DNA of 64,000 bases, from the NCBI GenBank assembly GCA_030141605.1, contig JAQGDQ010000047.1, forward strand, positions 248,001-312,000, written 5' to 3'. Of the stretch, positions 42,401 to 55,500 are shown piece after piece (the first letter of the stretch is position 1; each line of letters starts with the position of its first letter). The translations under genes and the position numbers were made by a program. The notes under the pieces were generated by a model, which was not told where the DNA came from, searched no databases, and saw only the letters and a program-made list of their open reading frames with translations. The stretch comes from Tubiluchus corallicola (lineage: Eukaryota; Animalia; Priapulida).

Positions 42401-45400
42401 GCAGCTAAAGAATATTGTTCATTTGGCACTGGTGGACCTGAAGGAATAAATGAACCTGACACCTGCAATTGGATTGTAGAACCTAATCCGAGAAAATTTC
42501 AATGGTACATGACACAGGGTCAAAATAGTTCCGAATTTGACTTGTACAAACCTAAATATGATCACACTGCAAACAGCACTAAAGGTAGGTAGGCATGTAA
42601 TTTCAATGAATCATTGATCAATAAATTTAATTTAATAGTCAGTTTACATTAACTGAACTGTTCTGGAATCATAGTCCAGATGGCCTGTTCACACCACCGT
42701 AAAGCTGGTTTAACCACCACAGTATTTAGTGTAAATATGGGTTTTGTTGCAAATATTAGGTCTGAAGTTGTTTCTAACCTTTTTAAAATTGAGAGAATAT
42801 TAAAAACTGTGCGGTAGCATTATGCAGCTTTAACAAATTAAGTATAAAATGTTTGTTCTTCTAGATGTACATTGAAAAAAATCTCAAGATAGGTCTTCCG
42901 TGGTTATCCAAAATTTGCATTTGCATTTGCATGTGCTTTTGTTGTATATTATGTGACTGAGTAATATTTACTTTAAATTGTGCAAAAAGAATCTTATATA
43001 GTTATTAGGGGGTGTGTTTTTATGCAGTTTGAGAGTTTTTTAAATTTATGTTTGAGTGTATACAAATATGTTTACAGCTGTTTACATTTTCGGTTATATT
43101 GGTATCTTTTCAGTGACGCCTGTTATGTGCTGTTATTACTGCTTTTGTTTTAAGTCCCTATGAATAATAATTCTGCAAACAATGCATTGTTGATTCCTAA
43201 ATGCTGCCTTGCATTCAAAGTATAAAAATGTTCCCATAATTTGATAGCAATGTGTACAATTATGTGCACTAAAGATGGTATTCTTTGGAGCGCTTTTCTA
43301 TTGACAAGTGTCATTTAATTGTATGGATGCATATTATTGTCATAGTAAGCATTATTTAGGATGGTATGCTTGGACTGATGGTAGTTTTGGATATGTTGGG
43401 GCCACAGCTGTACTTTACAGTCGCAATATATCTCGGACGTCACCACAATGCGAATTGGAAATCTGGTATTACATGTATGGCTCTGTCGGTTCACTAAATG
43501 TCTACAGTAATTTCACGAATGGTACTGAAGACAAGTTGACATATGTCATATCAGGCAGTCAAGGTAATCATGCAAAATTGTTTTTTTAACCTTACAATCA
43601 ATGTGACTTTTTTGTGATATTCAAAATATAAACTCAGTAAATTGTGTATACATATAATAGATAAATAGACTAAATTTTATTATAAATGAATGATTTTCTT
43701 ATAACAATAGCTGAATAATTAGCAATTTGATGAACAACCATCTTGAATGTTTATATGGCAAGTAGAGTCCCCCGTGTAATCATCCATATTGTGCTAAACT
43801 CACAACATACATTAAGAGAGACATCATTCTTACAACAATTAACCTAATAGCTAATTAGTTAAAAAAGGAGGCACTGAAAAATTGTGAGTCTATTAGGATT
43901 TGAACCCACTTTCTGTGTTTTCACGGTACATGCACTACTACTTATGCTACTGAGTCAACATAGCAAAGCTGGTCTGAGATGCAACTGTTGCAATGTATTT
44001 ACCCGTTAAGTTAGGTGACGTCAAGCATACTTAAATTACTGTGACATGAAGCCTGATCTTTATTACCAACTGAGTCAAACATACTAATAGATGTAAAAGA
44101 ATTTACCATGAAGCAGTTAACAAGAGAGAGCAAGTGAAAGTATTTATAAAATTGGCAACTTATCAGTTACTAGGAGTCCTCTGCTGTTACTAAAGTAAAT
44201 TTTTTGATCTATTTTTTTATTTAATGCAGCACAAGAATGGTTGAAAACAAGGGTATTTCTCGGAGCCATTAATGACAGAATAATTTCTATCATTGTGAAA
44301 CGAGGGTACAGTTACATGGGAGACATCAGTATAGGTGGGTATGAGACTGTGTTAATTAGTTGGAGAAAAAGAGGGTTAATTAAATTATCACCGAAAATAA
44401 CTTGGTAAGAACCTAGAAACCTTGACAAAGAAAACAAATTATATTTGAGCACAAAGTTTTTTTGTGACAGTGTCATCTACAAATATTTTCTAGAAGATAC
44501 CAGCCATATAAATAATATGCAGCATGTGTCTGACATGATAACTACCCTGTCTTTTGATTCCACAAACACTGAAGCAACAAGGCATCAAGGCAACATTATA
44601 AGAAATGTAACTTAAAATTTTAAACCCAAAATCGAATACGATATTCAAAATTGCCTACATTATTATGCCTCCTGTCATGTCTTTTCGTTGCTTTCATGTG
44701 TAAACATGTTTTTCTAAATTTTGTTCATTGATTCCAGGTCACCAGACAAGTTAAACCTGTTTACTTAAAAATGAAACTGCTTTCCTGAGACTGTCTGTAT
44801 TTTCAGTTGATGAAGCCCATTAGGACCAAACTTTCAAACAGTAAAAAAAATCTGTTTTGAAACCAAAAAAGGGCATTCAACTTTTTATTCTTATGTTGAA
44901 GATGCGCTACTAGAATCACGGCCAATGCACATGTTATGCAATACTTGTTTTTTTGCTTTTGCTTTATCATCATCATAACATATGACACGTGTCATTCATT
45001 AAAAAACATTACACCATCCACTTTTTGTCGCCAAACATGCCTTTGCTACTCTCCATGATGAAGTATCTTTCAAATTTGAGTATCTCTCCTTTGAGGTCTT
45101 CTCGTGTGAAATCTATCAAAGTGAGCAATCTATCTCCCTGTGCCTTCTTTGATGGTTGAATTGATTCGTGGAAAGCTTTAATAAGTGGACTGTCTTTTGG
45201 TAATCTCAGAGCATGACCCACCCAGTTAAGTCTTCTGCAATTTATCTTGCTGGTTCATTTTTCTTTCTTGACTTTGTAATACAAATCTTTGTTACTTACA
45301 GCTTCTGGCCATTTTATTTGCAATATTGATTTGCATAAATGTTGTTGAAAAGCATGATCTCCAGCTTATTATTAACGTTTGTAGTCCTCAGTTCCGAATT

Positions 45401-46516
45401 GTATAGAAAAATAGAAAATCTGTAAGTGTTGAAAATCCTAAATTTACAGCTTAGAGTCTTAGACTAATAATATTTGTTATTGAAAACATTTTTAAGTTTT
45501 GACAAAGCTTCTGATGATGTACCTTCTTTTGATGTCTTCTTCTATGCCTGATTCATTGACTTTATGTTTAATATGATACTCGGCAATTTGATTTAAGTTC
45601 CTTTCTTTGAGCTTTACTGGTACAGTTTTTTTAATGGTTCCAATTTCTTCTTTTGTCTTTGCCAAAAACGAAATATCATCAGCATATTTTTGGTTTATAT
45701 TGAGACCGAAACTTACTACAAAAACTTCAGTCATGCAAATAAGTGTTAAAAATACCGGTTACACTTTATTGTGCCGTATTACGAAATCCCTCCCTAAACC
45801 TTTTCCCAGTAAGTTGTGTGTTATGCACACCATTTGTTGTGAAGATAAGCGAGTGGTAACTTAATCAATGGCAACTTTTTGAACAATATAAACCTTGTGC
45901 ATAGATTCGAGCAAATTATATTTTGCAGTTTGGCCCTTGTCTGATTTAACTAAACTGTTTTACACACAAATCTTGCTGATCTACCCTACACTCACTCATG
46001 TTCCAAAATATTATTGCTCGTATGTGGGTCCCATACTGAAGAAACATATTTTAATTTTGACCTAACACTGATTTATGGGCAAAGTTTTTGACCACTTTTG
46101 AACAATGCTTGAGATTTTTGTGAAGAACTCTTAACGTGTTAGTGCCTTTAGCTGCTAATTTGTAAAACGTGTTATAGTTTAAGGATATAATATACTTTGT
46201 TTTTTCTTCATAAATAGATGATCTGAGATTTGTGGACTGCCAGTACCCCATAATAACTGGTAATTGCAGTGCAGAAGAAGAATTTATATGTCAGAATGGT
46301 ATATGCATTGGCAATAATAGAGTATGCGACTATGCGAATGACTGTGGTGACATGGACAATGGTAGCTCTGACGAAATCTCATCATACTGTAATGTTTACA
46401 AAGGCAGATGCGATTTTGAGGTACAGAAACGTATAATTTTAAATCTACTAACTCAGACAGTATTGTTTTATGAGTTAGAGATTTCGAAACCATTAATCAA
46501 TGTTTTGTGACACAAA

Positions 46517-46558
<42 letters not shown>

Positions 46559-49500
46559 CTCCCTCCCGCTCTCGAAAATATAAGATTGACTAATATGACT
46601 AATATATTACAGCATCAGTTATATAATTTGCAGAACGATTTGTGTGACCACTACTGGCACCAGGAAGAAAATGATGTATATGATCAGTTTGATTGGTCTC
46701 GCAGAATGGGTGGTACTCCAAGCTACGGAACTGGGCCTTCCAGTGATCACACAACCAGATCAACAAAAGGTTTCCTCATTAATTATAAACATATGTAGGC
46801 CCATTCGACATTGTTCTGGTGGCCAAGAGTGTTTTGTACATAAAATTTAATTTGTGTATTAATGTGTTTAATTAATTTTTGACGCGTATTTTTATGCTGC
46901 TTTTTGACACAAAATTTTTTGGATTTTAGTGCCATTGCAACTAAATAACCTACATCTTGAACTTGGCAGCTTCTTTTGAAACAGAGTTTTTATCTTACTT
47001 ATTTTTTATTTACCCTAGGTCACTTCATTTTCACATCGGGGGTATACCCCAGAAAGGCAGGTGACAGAGCTCAAATTTCTTCCAGGGTACTGAAAGGAAC
47101 GTCAAAGAAGTGCATGGTATGTTTTTTGCATAATATGATAGTACGCATTATTTTGTGTTTTTTTTTCATCATTTTGCTTATTGTATCATTTGTTATACAA
47201 ACTTATTATTTCAGTAAGCTCTTATATTTGTGTTCATTTCTTCAAAAAGCTTATCATTTGTAGCTTTGTACTAGATGCTATATTGAGCTCTCTTATCTGT
47301 AGCTGCGGTTCTGGTATCATATGAAAGGACGATTTAACCAGATGGGCAGTTTAATTGTATATCGACGAACGAGTTACAACGTCGATGGCCTGCACGAGAT
47401 TTGGCGCACAGAGGGCGACCAAGGAGACTACTGGCACAGAGCTGAGTTGGAAGTCAGTGATGACAACATTGATGCTGATTTTGAGGTAGTGTTATATGAG
47501 ATCATATGAGGCTTTATCAATCTCTCTTGTAAAAGCAAGAAATAAATTCTAGTTTAAGTTGAAGAAACTTTTTCAGATCCTATGTGTAGTAAATAATTTC
47601 TTTATATTTGCAAAATTTTGGCAGTTATTATAGTATTACAGGCCTGATATCTGTAATTTAACCATATTATACAAAATATTGTTTTCATGTAGATATTATG
47701 ATTAAGTAATCCATATTCAGAAAGTTGTTTACTGGGTTTGATGAACTCATGATTCTGCTGCAAAGCTACAAATGTGTAACAATTTTAGGTTGTGTTTGAA
47801 GGCGTGTTGGGTGGATACTACAGTGATATGGCCGTAGATGACATCTCTCTCACTAAGGAGTGTGCCGAGTCAGGAAGTATGCATCTAATGTTGCAGTTTT
47901 TTCACTACTCAAACTTAAATTTTGCAAGAACCTTTACAAGTTGATTCAATGAATACTAGATGGGTATGCTAACTTTTACCAAATGTTCTCTAGGCCAGTT
48001 TTGATGAGCAAAATTGATTATCTATGTAGCTGTTAAGCTTTGAGCATAGATAGCATTGAACTTTCTTATTGTAAACCACTTCTGAATAACTGCATGTGCA
48101 GTAAACTGCTGCAGAAAATGACAGATAAAAATGGAAATACCTTCTTTTCACAGATTTTTTTAATAATTATGACAATTTTTATGTTATAGTACACCTGTCG
48201 CAGTGCATTCAGAAAACATGTTACTGCATTATTTTCTTATATTTTTCCTTTTATGTTTTAATGGAACTGATACGACTTTTAATAAATTTTCAGCTGGTCT
48301 GCCAGGTGGTATAACCGTGCCAAGCACAACACCTGGTCCCTGTGGACCCAGCTATTATCAATGCAACAACTCTTTTTGCTACTCCAGCTCACAAAGGTGT
48401 AATTTTGTTGATGACTGTGGAGACGGAACTGACGAAGAAAATTGTGGTGAGCATTTACAATTATTATATTGTCAGTACTCTATTATAGATTAGACATATT
48501 GGTATGTAATAAAATTATATGTATGTGGACAGTCCAACTGCCATAAATCATAGTGGTAAAACAACTCATCATATTACCACAACTTTAGATTATAACTGTG
48601 ACATATTTAAACATTTTTAAGACCTTATAAATTTGACTAAAACTCCATTTGCATCCAGTTGTTAAAATATTTTGTTAATGTCAATCTGAATGCCACATAT
48701 CCATCATTTACATGCATCTGCAATGTTTCTTTTATCGCATTAATTACTAACCTGTTTGTGTTTGTGTGGTCACTGTTTGTCTTTATTACTTCGATATGTG
48801 ATATAATAACACTCCCGTTTGCATACTCAAAGTCTTGCCAAGTTTCCCAGTGCATTGTGTGATATTTAGTTTCTGCACCTTGCCACTGTCAGCACTTTGA
48901 TACTATTCTTATTAGTTCTAGCTGTGTTGCTGTTAGCTCTAGTCGTATTATTGACCACGTGATCCACATCTTCTATATGACGTTATTAGTTCAATATTTA
49001 ACTACTTAATTATTAAATTTTAATCAATTGCATCATGTTTCATGATAAAATAAGATTGATTATTCTTTTGACAAAATAATTATTAACAAAAAAAACTTGA
49101 AAGTCCAGTAAAATCTATATTAAGAAGACTAGTAACATTTTTGTAACAAAAATTGGTGGTATGATTACATAATGTAAATGCCAACTTGTGCTAACAATTA
49201 ACTTTCAAACGATGTGTAATACAAGAAATTAAATGTGAAATTATTTTAACTTATCCAAGTCTTTATCATTGAATGCAGAAATGCTTAGATATTATTGTCT
49301 TGTAAATGCAGGTGGAGATTGTGATTTTGAAAAGGATAACTGCGGCTGGTTCAACTCATTGGGCTACATGATGCAATGGATCAGACGTCAGGGACGCACA
49401 CCTAGCTCTCAAACTGGACCTGACGTTGACCACACTTTAGGAACCGCACAAGGTGCGTGTAACGAGACTATATTTTTATTTACAAAAGTAAAAACTGTTT

Positions 49501-52500
49501 AGTGTTTTTTAATAATGTACAGCAAGAAGAACAGACATTTAACAGTGTAAGCATGTCCAACTAATTGAATTACTATAGAAATGTGAAATTAAAACAGAAT
49601 TTTAACAGATATCTAATAATTAATAAAAAAAGAAATCTGGCAATGGAAATCAGAAAAATCGTTCATTATTATTAGGAACCTATTAATTGTTACCATTCTC
49701 TTTGTCATTAAGAACTTTTTCATGTCAACTATGCTGATCTTTCTTTGTATTGTATCGTAAACATGCTGGTTGATATCATCTCAAAGTATTTAGCCTTAGT
49801 TCAATAAAAAGTTGTGTATTGTTGGTAAATAATATGCAATCTTTACTTATTAACCCTTTCAGTACATATTTAACTGGGCCGCATTGACTTTTGCACATTT
49901 GACCATAACTTCTTATGGTTTGTCACTTAGCAAATAAGCAAATAATCGTTTGTTATTAAACACTAACATTAAATATTAGTTTTGTTTGTACACATGCACA
50001 CATGCATGCATACACGCGCTCATGTACGTGCACTCTCAACAAATAAGCAGTGACTTATATTTGGAAACCAATTTTCACAAAAATCATAATATGCAATCAT
50101 CTCATACGAAATGCAAAACAAGTGACTAAACATACGTTTCACCAACAATCTACAAGTGATTTTGCATGAGAACTTATCATACATACATTACGGTATTGTG
50201 GAATTCAACTGGCTTAGCCAGATGCTGATTAGCTGACTAACGTTACTTATTGCAAAGCAATCCCAACCCAATGGCTGTTAAACATTTCTACAATGTTTTT
50301 GCATGGCCGTAGCAGCGAAATAAACAGACCCAGTATAGCAGGCCAAATTAACCCCTGTCCGGATTATTCCTGGGTATAATTTGGTTCAGGCCAGAGTATA
50401 CCCAGGGGGATAAACTGTCCTGGACGCAAACTATATCTGGGGTGTAAAATAGCTTTGGCCAGACTATACCTCTCCAGGCCACTGTGACTCCATGGACTGG
50501 CTGACCTACCCCGCAAAAACCAAGAGAATAGCTCTTTGTCTTAAAAACAAGCATGATCATTTAGATGTTGTTATCAGTGTTTAACTTTGTACATTTAGAT
50601 TGTACCCAGGACTTGCTAGTCTTAGAAGTTGAAGTTTCAAGGCAATATGACTTTTGTCACATTATGAACAGTCAAGTTAATTGAAGATTATGTTACAATT
50701 GCATTATGTTGTTTTGGGTATCTGCTTTTATTTTAATGTGTAAATACTATTGAGAAGTGTGGTTAGTAATCTTTGATCTTTGTGGAAGCTAATATTTTTT
50801 AGTGGTTGTACTTTTCCTCGTTGAAGTAACAGAAGTCTGTATGCTCGGAGTTGAGGTCTTATTTCAAGATTAAAGTCAGTTAATTCATTTAACTTACATG
50901 ACAAAGCTGAAACCCCAATAAAATGTTGTAAAATTAAGTAATTCTTGTGTATCTCATTCAAAACTGCTGATATCGTGGGGGATATAATCTGGCCTGGGGG
51001 TATGAATTGGCCTAGGCCATAAGATACCCGGGGTATAGTCTGACAAGGCCGCTTAAACCCTGGTTATAGTCTGGACTGAGAATATGCTATGGCCTGTTAC
51101 ACTGTGTGACTGCACTTAGTGCAGAACTCAGACAGCACTCTACCATCTTCCACCATCCCTTGCATGAAAAATGTGTGTGTGTGTGGGGGGGGCAGTGTGT
51201 CGCCTTCCGTAGTGAAAGAGTTAATACATGCATAACAAGCTTACTTCCCCTTAATAAATGATTACCTGTAGGTTCCTATCACAAACGTCTACAGCAGCAT
51301 ACAATTTCTACACAATTTGAATTTCTGCTGATCACTGTTCTTTGTTTATGCATAGTGGGCATACAATTAAACCTATCTTTTTGATGGCAGGCAGTTGTTT
51401 GAAGACTTACAGGTCTTAGAATGAGTGCATTCTTTCATTTTTGCTTATAATTCAGTTGTATGAAATTTGTTTAAATAATTGGAAAGATGCCCTATTCACA
51501 AACAACAGTAAACGTTTTGGATTCTTCTGTAACTCTGATGCCTATGTCCACTTTGTTAACTGAAGCTTAGCTATAGCTTTTTTTGCTGAATTATCTGGTA
51601 TATTTCCATTCTCGTTAAATTGATTGCTGTTTACAATATATCATTTTTTGTCAATAGGGGCCACTTGTATTTTTTATTGAAAAGCTATATTGCTGTGTAC
51701 TGTTTGAGAACTATTGCTGATTTCAAGTTTTTTGTTTTACTAAGGTGTTTTCAAACAAAATAATTTATGTAAGCAAATAACATAATGTGGGATAATTCAT
51801 AGGAGTTACTATTTCTTTTCTTTTGTTTTTTTTTCAGGCTGGTATGTTTATATTGAAACATCAGGTTCTTTTGTGGAAGGTGAACGAGCATTGTTTCATT
51901 CCAGCAATTATGGTGGTTCTAGTAGTCAGTGCAAAGTAATCTTCTTTTATCACATGTTTGGTCGCACCATAGGATCATTGAGCGTCAAAGTCAAGGTATA
52001 CATATGGAATAGTAAAGTTTCCTAATTATAATATACTGCCACATACATATACAAGTACACTTTCTCAAACAAAAAGTAATTTGAAGCTTTCAAACGAAGT
52101 TGTTTGCTTATTATTAGCTCCAAACAAGCTGCCAGGCATACTGACGAAGAAGGTGCTTTCTATGTTTAATAGGTCAGAATTAGTGTAAGAGTTCCACTTT
52201 AGTACTGCAACCTGAAGACTCTTAGGTGCACCATTTTCACTGATAGATTTTCCAGTGCCTGGACAGATAAATAAAATAACCTCGATAGTAACTTTGACTA
52301 AATGGTCGTTTCTCATATGTTTGAAACTGTCAACTAACGGTGCTTTTGCAATTGAAGATAAGTGGGTGCTTTTTTGAACCATTTGATGCCCAAAGGAGTG
52401 AGTTCTGATACTGGTTTTAACACCATATATGAAATTGTAATTTGTGATTATATAGTGTCTTCTGCATGAGTTCTTTGGAACATAAGTCAAGTTGGTTAAG

Positions 52501-55500
52501 TAACTAGATCCTTACACTGGATCTGCAAGTCTCTGTAATAGCACAGTCTCCGCAGTATCATGTTCTGAGTTGTGCAAGATTTAACTCAGTCTGCTTGTAA
52601 ATACTTTTCTAAACAAGAATGTTTTGCTCTAGAAACCTGATGGCTCCAAGTACGAAACTGTATGGACTAAATCTGGGAACCAGTCTAACGTATGGCTTAG
52701 AGGAGAAGCTAACATCGGTGCACAGAGAGAGTTTGCTGTTGTATTTGAAGCCACACGAGGTCTAAGTTATACTGGCGATATTGCACTAGATGATATTGAA
52801 TTTAAAGATTGTCGTTTAGGTAAATAGTTTATTAAAACCAATATGATGTGTAAGTGGTATTCCAATGTAAAACCTGTAATCAATCAATGTAAGCTTATAT
52901 TAATTCTAAACATTTGTCTAACATATTACTGCTTTGATGTTATAGCAGTTTTGATGTTTTGATATTATCTTAAAGTAAACGTTGCAGTTTCAAATTTAAC
53001 ATCACAGATTTTGTGCTAAATTTTGTGCCCTTGTAGCTGTACTGCATAAACCGCTTTGAAACATTATCTATGAAAAACTACAAGAAACCATTGTAATTCG
53101 AAACTAATAACGCTGCAAAACATATTTCAGCTAATCCTGGGCAAGAATGTCACCCAGATCAGTTTCCATGTGTTGATGGTAGTCAATGTATAGAAGATTA
53201 CTTGGAATGCAATCAGGAGATTGATTGCGCTGATCAATCAGACGAAAAAGATTGTCGTAAGTTTTTTATTGCATCTATGTGTCTAACCTATTTTAGAATG
53301 GAAATTGCATATATTGAAAATGATACCTATTCTATTTACAATAAGCATTCGATATTTTCTCTAAAAAATTTTGTTTATGAATTATGACTGTTATGATTTT
53401 TACCAGTGAACAATCAGTATCATAGATCTAAGAGGGCCCGCACTCTAATTTATTTTATTGTTTTGCTGGATATCCAGTTTTAGGCATCGGCTCATAGCAT
53501 TAAATAATTTAAAAAACTTCTATATGTAGAGTCACGAAACTTACACTGTTGACACAGGTGTAGGGATTCAGATATGGTGTTGTTAAAAAACTGTGATTGT
53601 TTAAGGGTATAAGATATGAGTCAAAATGTGAAAATTAAGTTAAACTGCCCAATCATACATGCAGTAACTGCATCGGACCGGGTTCAGTCAGGTGATAATT
53701 TGTCATTAGCTCCATGCGCACTGGTGAACCACACATGAGCAGATGGTATTGGACCAGGCATAATCAACTGATAACGTGGTCATGCATGCCGGTTGGATCT
53801 GAATTCATTCAGTCGATCAAGTGATAAACTTTCTTGCGGATTTGTGCTATTCGTGTGGTTTCTGGCAAATAGTGAGATAAGCAACAATCTTGATTTCTGA
53901 CTACTTTACAAAATGTCCAACGTTAAATAATATATTTATATAATCATCTGGCATCAGATTTTTTTTTCAAAACCATGTGTGAGCTCTTGAATAGCTGTAT
54001 CACAGTGTTGTAAAAAACGAAAACCTTTGTATTAGTCAACTGACTTATTACCTACAGACATTACATTTAACTGCACACATCACTAGCTGGTTAGTTGGTA
54101 ACTTGTAAATTTACAGTGGGTTAAAGAAGGCAGTGAAGTAGTAGATTACACTTTTTACTTTACAGCATGGCGCCGAGGAGATTGTAATTTTGATGCAACG
54201 AATTGGTCTAAAGATTGTGGATTTAGCCACTTGAACTCTAGCAACTTTTACTGGGAAGCTGCGGATAAATCTCCAAGTTCTACATCTGGCCCATCAAGGG
54301 ATCATTCATTTGGTGGTGCAGGTATGGTGGCTGCGAAATTTATGAACTGTCATGCATTGTAGCTTGGAAACTTGATAATGATCATCTATTGTTAATTGAA
54401 CGGACGAATGTTTTGTGCTGACAGCTTAGCCGGTTTTGAATTAAAATAAGAGAATCTCTGCATATTCATTTCATCTTGTTAATGCACAGCTCTAAACACA
54501 AATGTTTTGTTGCTATTAGAACTAAAGTTTCATTTTGGCATGTTTAAAATGTAATAAATGTGCATAAAATGACATCAACTGTCTGAATTACAGATAGTTG
54601 ATGTCATTTTATGTACATTATATTTTAAATATCTTTTAAACTGTGCAATTACTTTCAACATCTTTTTAATATGTTCATCACCTTTTATAACTATATGATT
54701 ACAAGAATAATTTTTAGTAGTCATGTTCATTGAACTTAACAGAGAGGGGAAGGACTCTATAAACATAACACTTTGTCCTAACCTACATAATTTATTTTTT
54801 TATCTTTTATATTAATGTATTGAATTGAATATTTTGTTTATTTTGGGATCTAGTCCATAGAACACAAATACTTAAATATAATGATAAAAACACTACTAAA
54901 AACTAACTTAAAAATTTATTTACGTTTATATTTATATAACTTAAAAATGTATAATACATGTACATAATTGTGCATTTACAAATAAAATCTTGCTCCATTT
55001 GTTAAAAAATGTAAGAATTTATACTGATACCACAGTTTAAAATACAGTAGTCGCCGCTTAATAGACTCACTTTGGGACCGACGTGTTTTGACCCAGTTAA
55101 CCGATTGAACCTATTAAGTGATGGGTGTAGTATTGCTGCTATAGTAGTATGAATCATTAGCTTACTATGCATTACAAAGGCTTTTAATCAATTTTAGAAA
55201 AGAAGTAATGCCTAAATTCCTTCGTGGAGTTAAATATTAGAAAAAATATTTCAAACATTAATTTATATAAGTGAATTAACAATAAATTAAAAAACGGCTG
55301 GAACATCAGCATCCTTTTCCTCACCATTGCTATGTTTGTACACAATGTTTTCACGCTTTTTCCATTGCTGAAACCGCCCATCTGTTGCAACAAAACCTTC
55401 CTTACCCATTTTGTTTGCCAAATCTTCTGCTTTCTGTCTCATTAAGGGGCGTTCACTCGAGCATCTTTTTCTCTTGCGTAGGTAAACCACACTTTTAACG

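Noticed and set aside
48637-48960. Possible LTR-retrotransposon integrase fragment
   Set aside because: No convincing HHCC or DDE motif readable in any frame.
50320-51104. Palindromic ~33 bp repeats resembling a CRISPR array
   Set aside because: Units are adjacent and degenerate with no unique spacers; eukaryotic intron, no cas genes.
52065-52490. 141 aa minus-strand ORF in intron 64 as a nested gene
   Set aside because: TTG start, no recognisable domain or splice structure; possibly a decayed repeat. A blastx hit or antisense expression would reopen it.
53430-54010. Higher-complexity intronic segment resembling a Kolobok-like DNA transposon end
   Set aside because: Could not find a matching second terminus or TSD.
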